Source of the DNA: Fibrobacterales bacterium
GTDB lineage: Bacteria; Fibrobacterota; Fibrobacteria; Fibrobacterales; JAOPTW01
Assembly: GCA_051532035.1 (NCBI GenBank)
Contig: JAOPTW010000006.1
Location: 32,001 to 96,000 of the forward strand
Direction of reading: 5' to 3'
DNA length: 64,000 bases
Below the pieces are notes generated by a model. That model was not told the DNA's origin. It saw only the letters and a list, made by a program, of their open reading frames with translations, and did not search any database. The position numbers and the translations under genes were made by a program. Numbering within the stretch: position 1 is the first letter of the stretch; every line of letters begins with the position of its first letter. Shown here in pieces: positions 1-10,142 of the stretch.

Positions 1-454
1 TTGTCGCCTGTGCACAAGGGCATTCGGGGTTTCCACAGGTGATAATATCACCCCGTTCATCAAAGGTCCGCGAAACCAAAGGAAACGCAGCGTACTGGGC
101 TATTCCCAAGTGATGCACCACATCATCCTCACCAATATCATCAACTATTATATGTTGATTACAAAAAAGAGCATCGGTATAGGCCCCCGAAAAAAAATCG
201 AGCCCAAATTCTAATTCAAATAATTTTGACTCATCACAGCCTAAGCTACGCACTGGAACTAGGGTAAATGTTTCAGCACTGATTTCGAAAAAAACCTGTT
301 GTTTAAAGTGAAGCATCTCTTTGAGCCCCAAAGAGATGGATGTATAGAGGGATTTTAAGTCTCGAGACGATGAAATAGCTCGCCCAATATCATGGGTTAC
401 TGCAAAAGCACTCTGTTGCTGCTTTAATCGTTCTTCAAACTCTTCTAAATTCAC
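1..454 (-). CDS. GAF-domain sensor/signal protein, N-terminal part (runs off the window edge)
   Basis: Manual translation from GTG at 454 (GGAG upstream): MNLEEFEERLKQQQSAFAVTHDIGRAISSSRDLKSLY...HIIVDD...YAAFPLVSR...CGNPECPC. The frame is open to the window edge and shows a GAF-like pattern. Absent from the ORF track. Confidence 0.7.
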   Translation of the reverse strand, partial: MNLEEFEERLKQQQSAFAVTHDIGRAISSSRDLKSLYTSISLGLKEMLHFKQQVFFEISAETFTLVPVRSLGCDESKLFELEFGLDFFSGAYTDALFCNQHIIVDDIGEDDVVHHLGIAQYAAFPLVSRTFDERGDIITCGNPECPCAQAT

Positions 455-659
455 TCACCATCTCCGGGTCGTGTCACCGTTACCTAACTCACTGTCCAAA
501 TGTCACTATTACCCTCTAATAGTCTCATTTTTTTACTTTTTAGGCTACCCTTTATTGCCTCTCTTAAACAATTGCAACTAATTGGGATAAATAGGGTTGC
601 AAGAAAAGCACTAAAATCTAACTTTAGATCCCGATTTTCACTGTATACAAAGAGATACC

Positions 660-1370
660 ATGACAGAAGAAACCCAAAATCACGATAAGCTCCAGGCTTC
701 AGTACACAAAAGTGTTGAGCACGTAAGAACCAAGTTGGTTCCCGATTATGGATCAAAACTTGTTATTGCCCTTATTGTTATTGCTGCGTTAATCGTCGGC
801 TTCATTTCAATGAAAAATGGCGATGCTCAAAAGATTAAAGCTGACCGTGAGACTCTCGGTAAAGCGATCTATTTTCTTAACACCAACGCAAACGACTCTG
901 CGGAAGCAATACTTCAGGACATTTTTACCAAAGCTGAAATTGCACCTTCTATTGCAGCGAAAGGCGCGCTTCTCTATGGCAACCTCTTGTTAGAAAAAGG
1001 TGATATTGCTGGAGCACAAGAGAAATTTTCTCAAGCGATTGCAAATGCTCACACACAACTGATGATTAAATCTGCCGCTGAACATGGTCTTGCAACCAGT
1101 TATATTCAACAGAAGGAGTATGCAAAAGCAGTTGTAGCGCTCAATGTCTATACACAAAAATATGCACGCAAGACTTCTGCTCTTCCTGGGGTTGAATCTC
1201 CTGCAGACCTTGTTGTCGATATTCCTGATGTTCTCTGGAAAATTGCACTGTGTCAAAAAGAGCTTAAAGATACTGCAGCAGCAAAAGCAGCATGTCAAAA
1301 AATCATTGAACTCTACAATGCAAACAGACAGTATAGCTCAAAAGCACAAGCTCTTCTTGCTTCACTGTAA
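660..1370 (+). CDS. Membrane-anchored tetratricopeptide-repeat protein (YfgM-like)
   Basis: One N-terminal TM helix followed by Ala-rich helical TPR-like repeats. Confidence 0.7.
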   Translation: MTEETQNHDKLQASVHKSVEHVRTKLVPDYGSKLVIALIVIAALIVGFISMKNGDAQKIKADRETLGKAIYFLNTNANDSAEAILQDIFTKAEIAPSIAAKGALLYGNLLLEKGDIAGAQEKFSQAIANAHTQLMIKSAAEHGLATSYIQQKEYAKAVVALNVYTQKYARKTSALPGVESPADLVVDIPDVLWKIALCQKELKDTAAAKAACQKIIELYNANRQYSSKAQALLASL

Positions 1371-1392
1371 TTACTTCTGTTCTTAGACTTGT

Positions 1393-1420
1393 AAGGCTCC
1401 TCAATCGAGGAGCCTTTTTT
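1393..1420 (+). terminator. Rho-independent terminator
   Basis: AAGGCTCCTC-AATC-GAGGAGCCTT followed by a T run. Confidence 0.85.
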
Positions 1421-1514
1421 ATTCTCATTTTTAATACTCAACCCAGATATGTAAAATTACAAGTAGTGCCTATTTGTTCACTATAGTCCTATCACAAAAT
1501 ACTATCTTTGAGCT

Positions 1515-3482
1515 ATGCGCGAGTTTCAGTTAGAATCAGAATATAGCCCAGCAGGTGATCAACCTAAGGCAATTAAAGATCTAGTAACCAATTTTAATAC
1601 CGGTGATACACACCAGGTGTTAATGGGTGTTACCGGATCCGGTAAAACCTATACCATGGCCAATGTCATTCAACAGCTCAAGAAAAAAACGCTGATAATG
1701 ACTCACAACAAAACTCTCGCAGCACAGCTCTATCAAGAGTTTAAAGGTTTTTTCCCCCACAATGCCGTTGAGTATTTTGTCAGCTATTATGACTACTATC
1801 AACCTGAAGCATACGTGGTTCGCAGTGATACCTTTATTGAAAAAGATGCCAGTATCAATGATGAAATTGACAAACTCCGTATGCGTTCAACGACGAGCCT
1901 TCTTACCCGTGACGATGTAATCGTCATTGCATCGGTATCTTGTATTTATGGACTCGGCAACCCAAAAGAGTGGGAAGAGATGATGCTCAATCTCACCGTG
2001 GGTATGGAGATTGACCGGGATGATATGCTTCGTCACCTTGTTGAGATTCAATATAGTCGTGACGACATTGACCTTAAGCGCGGCACCTTTCGAGCACGAG
2101 GTGATGTAGTGGAAATCCACCCCTCCTACGAAGATTTTGCCTACCGTATCGAGATGTTTGGGGATGAAATTGAAGCGATCCACGCTATTGATATTTTAAC
2201 TGGGAAAAAACAGGACGCTCTCTCCAAAGTGTTAGTCGCCCCCGCCAAACACTTTGTTACTGGTGAAGCAGATATCGAACGGATTATACATGATGCCAAA
2301 AATGAGATGAAGGCCCGTGTAATTGAACTCCGGAAAGCAGACAAGCTTATTGAAGCACAGCGCCTTGAGTCTCGAGTGAACTACGACATGGAGATGCTCG
2401 AAGAGACGGGATCATTTTCCGGTATTGAAAACTACTCTCGTGTAATAGAAAATCGGCCTGAGGGAAGCCGCCCTTCAACATTGATCGACTTCTTTGGTGA
2501 TGACTTCCTCCTTATCCTCGATGAATCTCATGTAAGCATTCCTCAAATTGGTGGCATGTATGGTGGTGACCGTTCTCGAAAAATTAACCTTGTCGACTAT
2601 GGTTTTCGCCTTCCCAGCGCCCTTGACAACAGGCCAATGAATTTTAGTGAGTTTGAAGAAAGTAACCCCTCAACCATACTCTATGTATCTGCAACACCGG
2701 GTAAATACGAAATGGAACAAACTGGAGGGGCAGTTGTAGAGCAGGTGATTCGGCCAACAGGGCTCCTTGACCCTATTATAGAGATACACCCGTCTGAAAA
2801 TCAGATCGACTACCTTATCGAAAACATTCAACAAGCAGTCAAAAAAAATGAACGAGTATTAGTTACAACTCTCACTAAAAAAATGGCAGAAGATCTGACT
2901 GACTTCTTGAAAGAGGCCAAAATAAAAGTAACCTACATGCACTCAGATATCAAGACCCTTGAGCGTACTGAAATCATCGCTGGGTTACGCAATGGAACAA
3001 ATGATGTACTTGTAGGAATTAACCTATTAAGAGAAGGCCTTGATATCCCCGAAGTTTCACTTGTCGCAATACTTGATGCTGACAAAGAAGGGTTTCTACG
3101 TAGTTACCGCTCCCTGATACAAACCATGGGCCGAGCTGCACGAAATGTAAATGGCCGTGTTATCCTTTTTGCCGACAAGACAACTGATAGTATGAAAATT
3201 GCGATTGATGAAACCCAACGACGACGCGCGCTTCAAGAAGAACATAATCTAAAACATGGTATCACTCCAAAAACGGTTAAGAAAAAGGTTGCTGACACCA
3301 TTAAAATTGTAGACCCTCTCGAGGAGGCAACAAAAGGTATTGCTACGACCGCCCAAGAGGATCGCGATGCTGATTTAACACCAGAAGATCTCGAAGCACG
3401 CATGCATGAAGCAGCGGCAAACCTCGATTTTGAAGAGGCAGCACGCCTCAGAGATCTTCTTATTGATTTAGAAAAGGATTAA
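1515..3482 (+). CDS. uvrB: Excinuclease ABC subunit B
   Basis: GVTGSGKT Walker [25 protein letters not shown] and a C-terminal UVR domain (FEEAARLRD). Confidence 0.98.
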   Translation: MREFQLESEYSPAGDQPKAIKDLVTNFNTGDTHQVLMGVTGSGKTYTMANVIQQLKKKTLIMTHNKTLAAQLYQEFKGFFPHNAVEYFVSYYDYYQPEAYVVRSDTFIEKDASINDEIDKLRMRSTTSLLTRDDVIVIASVSCIYGLGNPKEWEEMMLNLTVGMEIDRDDMLRHLVEIQYSRDDIDLKRGTFRARGDVVEIHPSYEDFAYRIEMFGDEIEAIHAIDILTGKKQDALSKVLVAPAKHFVTGEADIERIIHDAKNEMKARVIELRKADKLIEAQRLESRVNYDMEMLEETGSFSGIENYSRVIENRPEGSRPSTLIDFFGDDFLLILDESHVSIPQIGGMYGGDRSRKINLVDYGFRLPSALDNRPMNFSEFEESNPSTILYVSATPGKYEMEQTGGAVVEQVIRPTGLLDPIIEIHPSENQIDYLIENIQQAVKKNERVLVTTLTKKMAEDLTDFLKEAKIKVTYMHSDIKTLERTEIIAGLRNGTNDVLVGINLLREGLDIPEVSLVAILDADKEGFLRSYRSLIQTMGRAARNVNGRVILFADKTTDSMKIAIDETQRRRALQEEHNLKHGITPKTVKKKVADTIKIVDPLEEATKGIATTAQEDRDADLTPEDLEARMHEAAANLDFEEAARLRDLLIDLEKD

Positions 3483-3594
3483 TCCCCCTCAGTCATATCA
3501 TTTTGACTAGACTACCATCTAATGAGCCCCTAATTGTTGTACAAATTTAAGGTTATTAGGTACATTTATCCTGAGGATTGCTCGAGGAACAACA

Positions 3595-5001
3595 ATGAGA
3601 ATTATAATAGTTGGTGCAGGTACTGTAGGGAAACAACTCGCGGGAAGACTCTGTGAAGAAGGTCATGATATCATTGTTATTGATCATAATCACAACAAGC
3701 TCCGTCTCCTTGAAGAGTACTATGATCTCCAGACTATTACCGGTGATGGAACCAGTATTAATGTACTCGAAACAGCCAACATTGCAAAGTCTGACCTTGT
3801 CATCAGTGTTACCAACTCAGATGCCTCTAATGTGCTCATTGGTAAACTCGCTTCTCAGATGCAGCCCAAAACTAAAAACCGCGTTGCACGAATTCGTTCA
3901 TCACAATGTTTTCTCGATCCAACAATTTTAACTCCCAATGACATGGGGATAAACCTAGTGATCTTCCCTGAAGATGAAGCCGCCCGAGAGATCCATAACC
4001 TCATTTTACGTCCCTTTGCCGACCAGTGCTTTCAGTTCCTCGATAATAGAATTGAAATTGCCAGCCTTACCATACATGACAATCATAAATTAGTCAATGT
4101 TACTCCTGACCAACTCCCTAAACTCTGTAAACACCCCTTTAAAATTGTCTGCATTGTTCGAGATGAAAAACCTATTATCCCTGTTAACTGGCACGGGTCA
4201 TTTCTCCCCGCTGATAAACTCTATATTGGAGCAGAAAACCAACACCTCACCTCTGTTGTTGAAGACCTAGGGTTCCCAGTAAAGCCATTCAAAAAAATAT
4301 TTATCTACGGTGGTGATAATGTGGGAATGCAGGTAGCGCGTGAATTAGAAACTACTGACATTCAAGTGAATATCATTGAGTCATCGAGACAGCGAACCAA
4401 AGAGATGGCTTTTCTCCTAAACAAAGCCCTCGTGCTCCATGGTGAAGGCACTGATTCTAACCTCTTGGAAGGTGAAGGAGTCTCTGAAGCTGAAGCATTT
4501 ATCGCTGCAACTCAGGATGAAAATGCTAACCTACTCTCATGCCTATTAGCCAAACGCCTTGGCGCCAAAAAGACCATTAGCCTTGTTGCTAAACCAGACT
4601 TTGTTCCCCTCATTTCTAACCTCAATGTAGACTCCGTGATTTCACAACGTCTTATTACCATTAACAAAATTATGCAATTTGTGCGCCGTGGAGCCATTAA
4701 AGCAGTGGAAGAACTTATTGAAGATAAAGTCCAAGCATTACAATTTAATATTACAGAACAGACACTGGTCACCAACGAAAAACTCAGCTCTGATGCATTC
4801 AAAAGCGAGTTTCCCTCCAATGCAATCATAGTAGGCCTTATTCGTAAAGAGAACGCTGATGACGAGGGGAAAAATGGTGAAGGTATCGTTACCAAAAATG
4901 CATTTATACCTGATGGCAATACAGAGCTTAAATTTGGCGACACCGTACTGCTCGTTTGTGCAAATAAAACACTCCCTAAGCTAGAAGAGTTCTTTGCGTA
5001 A
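3595..5001 (+). CDS. trkA: Trk K+ uptake NAD-binding subunit
   Basis: Two RCK/TrkA_N-C units; IIVGAGTVG and GDGT motifs; 468 aa. Confidence 0.93.
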   Translation: MRIIIVGAGTVGKQLAGRLCEEGHDIIVIDHNHNKLRLLEEYYDLQTITGDGTSINVLETANIAKSDLVISVTNSDASNVLIGKLASQMQPKTKNRVARIRSSQCFLDPTILTPNDMGINLVIFPEDEAAREIHNLILRPFADQCFQFLDNRIEIASLTIHDNHKLVNVTPDQLPKLCKHPFKIVCIVRDEKPIIPVNWHGSFLPADKLYIGAENQHLTSVVEDLGFPVKPFKKIFIYGGDNVGMQVARELETTDIQVNIIESSRQRTKEMAFLLNKALVLHGEGTDSNLLEGEGVSEAEAFIAATQDENANLLSCLLAKRLGAKKTISLVAKPDFVPLISNLNVDSVISQRLITINKIMQFVRRGAIKAVEELIEDKVQALQFNITEQTLVTNEKLSSDAFKSEFPSNAIIVGLIRKENADDEGKNGEGIVTKNAFIPDGNTELKFGDTVLLVCANKTLPKLEEFFA

Positions 5002-5062
5002 CGAACTTTAGCCTAAAATAGAGATATAAAACTCCAGTTCCTCAAATTCATATTTTTTTCAT

Positions 5063-5089
5063 TAAGTCCTATTTTTGAAAATCCGATAT
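5063..5089 (+). promoter_or_regulatory. Sigma-28 (FliA/SigD)-like promoter
   Basis: TAAG-N15-TCCGATAT compared with the consensus TAAA-N15-GCCGATAA/T. Confidence 0.6.
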
Positions 5090-5096
5090 TGAAATT

Positions 5097-5192
5097 ATAG
5101 ACACCATTAGATGCCCTAATGGAGGCGCTATCATTTTAGAAAGGGTTCCACGGATGGATGTATGCTTCAGGGATGAAGGCAAGCCCCTTGCC
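5097..5192 (+). ncRNA. Candidate CsrA/RsmA-binding sRNA (or leader) with GGA-loop hairpins; ends approximate
   Basis: Hairpins TCCA-CGGA-TGGA (5147-5158) and CTTCA-GGGA-TGAAG (5165-5178), an ATGGA at 5119-5123, and an outer stem AAGGG/CCCTT. Confidence 0.55.
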
Positions 5193-5299
5193 ATAATCGT
5201 TCTAATATTTAAAAAATTCTCTCCAGAGTTCAGAGTTCGGACTTGAGAGCAGACTCAAATTGCTATATTGCTGTGTAATAACAAACCACAGGATTTGCG

Positions 5300-7171
5300 G
5301 TGCTTGCTCAAGTAAAAAAACGGATTAAAAACTCTGAAATATTAGCGGTCTCTCAACGCATTGCCCAAAATAAGATCCCCTCATACAAATATCGTCCTTT
5401 GACCGATACTGAAGTTGAAGAACTTATTCAGAATGGTAATACCTGTGATGATTGGACCCGTATTCAGGTTGACCTCCAATTCTCCACTACCCAAATACGC
5501 AATACTACTTTTTGTGGGAACGTTTACCTGCCCAAATTCTTTGGCAACCTCATGGCACCCGGTGGAGTTTCAGTCCCTGCGGGCATTTTTAATTCATCTA
5601 TTAATAACAGTATTATTGAGAACTGCCACCTCTTTAATGTCTCGACTCTCTCGAATACTATTGTTTCTCACAGTGCCCTTCTTCGCAATGTGGGTTCTGT
5701 AATTGGCTCAGGGAAAACCCATTTTGGAGTAGGTCGCAAGCTCAACATCGGTGATGAAACGGGCAATAGAACATTACTTGCCTTTCCAGAGATCGATCTC
5801 ACTATCGCAACAGCGGTGATAATGAATAAAGATGATATCGATTTTCAAAATGAGTACACTGAACTCATTGAAGAATATCGAGAAAACTCACTCTCACCTT
5901 TTACCTTTATCGACCAAGAGGTGATTATTTCTAATACCACCAACATTCGTAATGCATGGATTGGTCGAAATGCCCGTATCGATGGTGCTATTCGTATAAA
6001 AAACTCTGTGATACTGAGCTCAATGGAGCAACCGAGTGCAGTCTATGATGGAGCCATTATAGAGAATACAACACTACAATGGGGTTGTGAAGTATGTTCA
6101 TTAGCCCTTGTTGACCACTCAATCCTCCTAGAAGAATCATCAGCCTCCAAACAAGTTAAGATTACACACTCGGTCATCGGCTCTAACACACACCCTGAAT
6201 CAGGAGAGATCACCTCTTCACTCGTAGGCCCATTTGTAGGCATGCACCATCAATCACTTCTTATTGCGGCGCTCTGGCCCGATGGCTGTGGCAACGTTGG
6301 ATATGGAGCGAATGTGGGGAGCAACCATACAGGCCGTCTTCCCGATCAAGAGATCTACCCTGGACAAGGGATGTTTTTTGGCCTCAGTACCAGCGTTAAA
6401 TTCCCCGCAAACTACTCAGAATCGCCATGGTCACTTATTGCTACAGGGGTCACCACACTCCCTCAACGTCTTAAATTCCCCTTCTCCCTTATTACCGAGA
6501 GCCAAGGAAGCGTACCTCAACACCTCCTTCACCTCAACGAACTCCAACCTGGATGGGTTTTTAGTTACAACGCATTTGCCCTAGCCCGGAATGAAATTAA
6601 ATTTTCAAAGCGAGATAAAAGTCGTCGGAATACAGCCCCCTACACGTATATCAGCAAAAAAACAGCCCAGCTCGTACTTGCAGCATGGCATCGCCTCAAC
6701 ACTGTTGTACGCATTAAAGAGTATTATACTGAGAGCGATATTGAAGGACTGGGGAAAAATTATCTCACTGAATCAAAGAGACAACAAGCACTTCTTGCAT
6801 ATGCTGACTATCTTGAGATGTACGCTCTTCAACGAATCATTTCTAAACTTGAAGTAAAAGAGGAGCTCCTGGCGTCAGATAAGCCAACCGTTAAAAAACT
6901 CTTTAACAATGACATTATGAGAGATATTGCACGTATTGTAACGTTTCCCGCCTCTACCATTCAACTACTCAAACGCTATCGCAAAGTTGAAAGCGCATGG
7001 AACGATGCCATAAAAGAGTCAATTCAAAAGGACTTTGATCGTGGAATAAAGGTTTTTGATGATTATATCGATATCCACACACCAGATGAGCCCTCATTAC
7101 AGTTCATCCAAAATACTTTTGACAAAAATAGGAAAAGGGCAAACAACTTGATTGCCCTCGCTCAGAACTAG
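5300..7171 (+). CDS. DUF4954-family protein (left-handed beta-helix-like)
   Basis: YRPLTDTEVEELIQNGNTCDDW N-terminus, hexapeptide-like central repeats and GPFVGMHHQSLLIA...GANVGSNH. Confidence 0.75.
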   Translation: MLAQVKKRIKNSEILAVSQRIAQNKIPSYKYRPLTDTEVEELIQNGNTCDDWTRIQVDLQFSTTQIRNTTFCGNVYLPKFFGNLMAPGGVSVPAGIFNSSINNSIIENCHLFNVSTLSNTIVSHSALLRNVGSVIGSGKTHFGVGRKLNIGDETGNRTLLAFPEIDLTIATAVIMNKDDIDFQNEYTELIEEYRENSLSPFTFIDQEVIISNTTNIRNAWIGRNARIDGAIRIKNSVILSSMEQPSAVYDGAIIENTTLQWGCEVCSLALVDHSILLEESSASKQVKITHSVIGSNTHPESGEITSSLVGPFVGMHHQSLLIAALWPDGCGNVGYGANVGSNHTGRLPDQEIYPGQGMFFGLSTSVKFPANYSESPWSLIATGVTTLPQRLKFPFSLITESQGSVPQHLLHLNELQPGWVFSYNAFALARNEIKFSKRDKSRRNTAPYTYISKKTAQLVLAAWHRLNTVVRIKEYYTESDIEGLGKNYLTESKRQQALLAYADYLEMYALQRIISKLEVKEELLASDKPTVKKLFNNDIMRDIARIVTFPASTIQLLKRYRKVESAWNDAIKESIQKDFDRGIKVFDDYIDIHTPDEPSLQFIQNTFDKNRKRANNLIALAQN

Positions 7172-7217
7172 AAGTCGCTCATTCGGTTTTCCAACCAAAT
7201 GAGATTCTATATCATTT

Positions 7218-7526
7218 CTAGATTAAATCGAGCGTATCAGATATCATCGTACCTTGAACAGCAACATTCATACTGCTTCCAAGCATATCGAGGCCAGTAA
7301 GATGACCCGCCGATTGCATCGCTTTTTGATTTTGTTCTGCAATTTGCGTTGACACACTACTGATATCATTTATAACCGCTTCTTGAGAGTATCGTTCTTT
7401 AACTTCACTTTCATCAGATACTCCCTGTTCAACAACTTTTTTATACGAAGTAACACCACTGGTTTGTGGTTGTACTCCCCCTCCTGGGGCGTTTGATTGT
7501 ATTGGATCCATTTTCATTCCCTCCAT
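7218..7526 (-). CDS. Small hypothetical protein, probably in the sigma-28/flagellar regulon (true start likely 7517 or 7511)
   Basis: ORF with a GGAGG Shine-Dalgarno before MKMD and a perfect sigma-28 promoter upstream. Confidence 0.65.
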   Translation of the reverse strand: MEGMKMDPIQSNAPGGGVQPQTSGVTSYKKVVEQGVSDESEVKERYSQEAVINDISSVSTQIAEQNQKAMQSAGHLTGLDMLGSSMNVAVQGTMISDTLDLI

Positions 7527-7658
7527 AGAACGAATAGTTCATCGCAAGCGTTTCCATGCTCACTCTTATTGAAAGGGTCGAGACTCTGTATTGATCAGAT
7601 ACACGCTCTCCAACGCGCATCCAGTCACTCCGCCTCGGGACTCTTTCCCCTAGTATTA

Positions 7659-7685
7659 TTATCGGCAGGATATTAAAAACCTTTA
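7659..7685 (-). promoter_or_regulatory. Sigma-28 (FliA) promoter
   Basis: Minus strand reads TAAA-GGTTTTTAATATCCT(15)-GCCGATAA, an exact consensus match. Confidence 0.85.
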
Positions 7686-7779
7686 GCATTTTTTACATAT
7701 CCCACATTTTTATTAGAGCATTGCCCAAACTCATCAATTTGAGCCAATTTTTCTATATTATTCAATAAAAGCTGGCCCT

Positions 7780-9030
7780 ATGACATCGCAAACCTTACTT
7801 ATTCTCTTCATCTCCCTCTTCTCACTCAACACACTCATCACCATTTTTCTCGAAAAAATTAATAGCAATAATTTAAAAAAATTCCCGTCAGCACCCGGTC
7901 AATTTTCCTCCTCAATCTCTGAGACTGAATATCTTAAAAGCCAGGAGTACACAAAAGACAAGTCCCAGTTCTCCATCCTATCCACACTCTACTCAGCAAT
8001 AATAACCCTCATAATCCTCTTTTCTGGAATTCTACCTTGGGTCGATCACACAGTACTAGACGTTTTCTCGGTGCAGGCACACCCACTCAGTCACTCAGTA
8101 CTTGTCATACTTCTTCTCTCATTTATCGCAAGCATCCCCAACATCCCCTTTAAACTCTATAGTACCTTTAAGCTCGAGGCTAAATTTGGTTTTAATAAAC
8201 AGACATTCAAAGAGTTTGTCATCGATGAAGCCAAAGGGCTCCTTCTCTCTCTGATTATTGGAGTCCCCTTGCTCTTTGCTGTTTTCTGGTTTTTTGACGC
8301 AACGGGCCCACTCTGGTGGCTCTGGCTTTTTGGTTTTATCGCACTCTTTCAGATCGTGATGATGGTAATTTACCCAATATGGATTGCACCCCTCTTTAAT
8401 TCATTCACACCACTTGAAGAGGGGGAGCTCAAAGAGAGACTTGCCGACCTTGCACAAAAAGCTTCATTTGCAACCCAAGGTATCTTTGTTATGGATGGCT
8501 CAAAACGCTCGGGGCACTCAAATGCCTATTTCACAGGTTTTGGTTCATTCAGAAGAGTTGTTCTCTACGACACTTTAATCGAACAGTTAACCACTGATGA
8601 ACTTGTTTCAGTACTTGCACATGAGATTGGACACTACAAAAAAAAACACATCTATAAGATGTTAACACGCGCATTACTCTTTATGGGCTTTGGTCTCTAT
8701 ATTCTCTCATACGCCATTGGTTGGGAGCCACTCTATACTAGTTTTGATGTGACCCCAAGTTACCATATGGGCCTATTCCTTTTTATGACCATACTCTCTC
8801 CGCTCCTCTTTTTCATCACTCCTATTACCAACCTTTTTTCTCGCAAATATGAGTATGAAGCCGATGCTTATGCGGTGACTATTACAGAAAAAAAATCCCC
8901 CATGCAACAAGCCCTTATTAACTTAAGTAAAAAGAATCTCAGTAATCTCACTCCTCACCCCCTATACAGCGGCTTTTATTACTCTCATCCTACGACACTT
9001 GAGCGAATAGATGCAATTGAAGAGTTGTAG
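7780..9030 (+). CDS. M48 family Ste24-like membrane zinc metallopeptidase
   Basis: Multiple TMs; DGSKRSGHSNAYFTG, HEIGH, EYEAD and SHP motifs. Confidence 0.92.
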   Translation: MTSQTLLILFISLFSLNTLITIFLEKINSNNLKKFPSAPGQFSSSISETEYLKSQEYTKDKSQFSILSTLYSAIITLIILFSGILPWVDHTVLDVFSVQAHPLSHSVLVILLLSFIASIPNIPFKLYSTFKLEAKFGFNKQTFKEFVIDEAKGLLLSLIIGVPLLFAVFWFFDATGPLWWLWLFGFIALFQIVMMVIYPIWIAPLFNSFTPLEEGELKERLADLAQKASFATQGIFVMDGSKRSGHSNAYFTGFGSFRRVVLYDTLIEQLTTDELVSVLAHEIGHYKKKHIYKMLTRALLFMGFGLYILSYAIGWEPLYTSFDVTPSYHMGLFLFMTILSPLLFFITPITNLFSRKYEYEADAYAVTITEKKSPMQQALINLSKKNLSNLTPHPLYSGFYYSHPTTLERIDAIEEL

Positions 9031-9089
9031 CCCTGAACAGTAAAAAATTTGTATTTTATATCTCAATCTTTAACTATGGTATTGGTCTA

Positions 9090-10142
9090 ATGAATTCTCG
9101 ATTTAAAAGCTTGTTCCTCATCTGCGTGATAGCAGCATCAGTTGTCCATGCCAATGCACCCTATGCCCCCAAAGGTGCTGTACGAAAAACAAGCATAGAT
9201 GATTTCTATAAGCATCCAAAAGTTAGTGATGATTTCAATGAGACCTGGCGTTATAATATCACTCTCAATAATGGCACTAAAATTTTTCTCAATTACACCT
9301 ATTTAAAAGTCCCCTTAAAAGGAACAAAATGTGGAACGAATGTATCACTCTACAACTTTCATGGAAAAAACTATCAGGTTGGTCGGCAATATCCTTCTGC
9401 CCGATTTAAACAGGACGCTACTCAAGAGTTAATCAGCATTAAAAATGCTACAGGAAACGATAACGTCTTCTACATGAAGGGAAAACCAGGGCCAGGCCAT
9501 ACCATTAAATTCCTCACCTCAAAGAATGAGGGATTTGATATCGAGCTCTTAGTTACTAAAAGCTATCCTGGACTCGTAAAGGGTGATGGCATTTTTAATA
9601 TTAGAGGTAAAAAAACAGGACTATTTATTCACCTCCCTTCTGCAGAAATCAAAGGGACCATTCGAGTGGGCAAGAAAAAAGAGCACGTAACGGGAACAAT
9701 GTATATGGAACAGATCTGGCAATCACATCTCTCTACAGAGACCTCTTCTCATGCCTTCCAAATGTATGGTGCAAAGAGCCCTCTCATGGGCAACGTTATG
9801 ATCGGCTCTAAATCACTTCATTCCAATGTTTTTGGATACGCAATTAATCGCCAAGACACCACACTGATTTTCCCTAAAATCGTTACCTCTCGTGGCGCTA
9901 CTGTATCCTATAAAAATACTGCTATAACTGACCCAATCTTTACTTTTTGGGGTCGTGAAAAACCATTTATAGGAAATACCTTTACCACTCAACAGCGGTA
10001 TTCAGTATTACTGACCATCGATGGATGGTTTGCTAAAAAAGCGGCCAAAATGGCTATGGGTGGAGAGGCCATTTTTAATAGAGGCGTCGGCCTCCTCGAC
10101 AACCTCCCCATTGACTACAATTTCTATCAGCTGGAAGACTAA
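9090..10142 (+). CDS. Secreted hypothetical protein, possibly Svf1/AttH/lipocalin-like
   Basis: Signal peptide ending VHA, beta-rich sequence, NETW near the N-terminus and a G..YMEQIW motif. Confidence 0.5.
   Translation: MNSRFKSLFLICVIAASVVHANAPYAPKGAVRKTSIDDFYKHPKVSDDFNETWRYNITLNNGTKIFLNYTYLKVPLKGTKCGTNVSLYNFHGKNYQVGRQYPSARFKQDATQELISIKNATGNDNVFYMKGKPGPGHTIKFLTSKNEGFDIELLVTKSYPGLVKGDGIFNIRGKKTGLFIHLPSAEIKGTIRVGKKKEHVTGTMYMEQIWQSHLSTETSSHAFQMYGAKSPLMGNVMIGSKSLHSNVFGYAINRQDTTLIFPKIVTSRGATVSYKNTAITDPIFTFWGREKPFIGNTFTTQQRYSVLLTIDGWFAKKAAKMAMGGEAIFNRGVGLLDNLPIDYNFYQLED

Noticed and set aside
5223..5258. CAGAGTT x2 and TTGAG-N6-CTCAA short repeats
   Set aside because: Too short to distinguish from chance.
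7441..7689. 82-aa minus-strand ORF
   Set aside because: Starts upstream of the sigma-28 promoter, runs through it and the leader, and overlaps the 102-aa gene out of frame.
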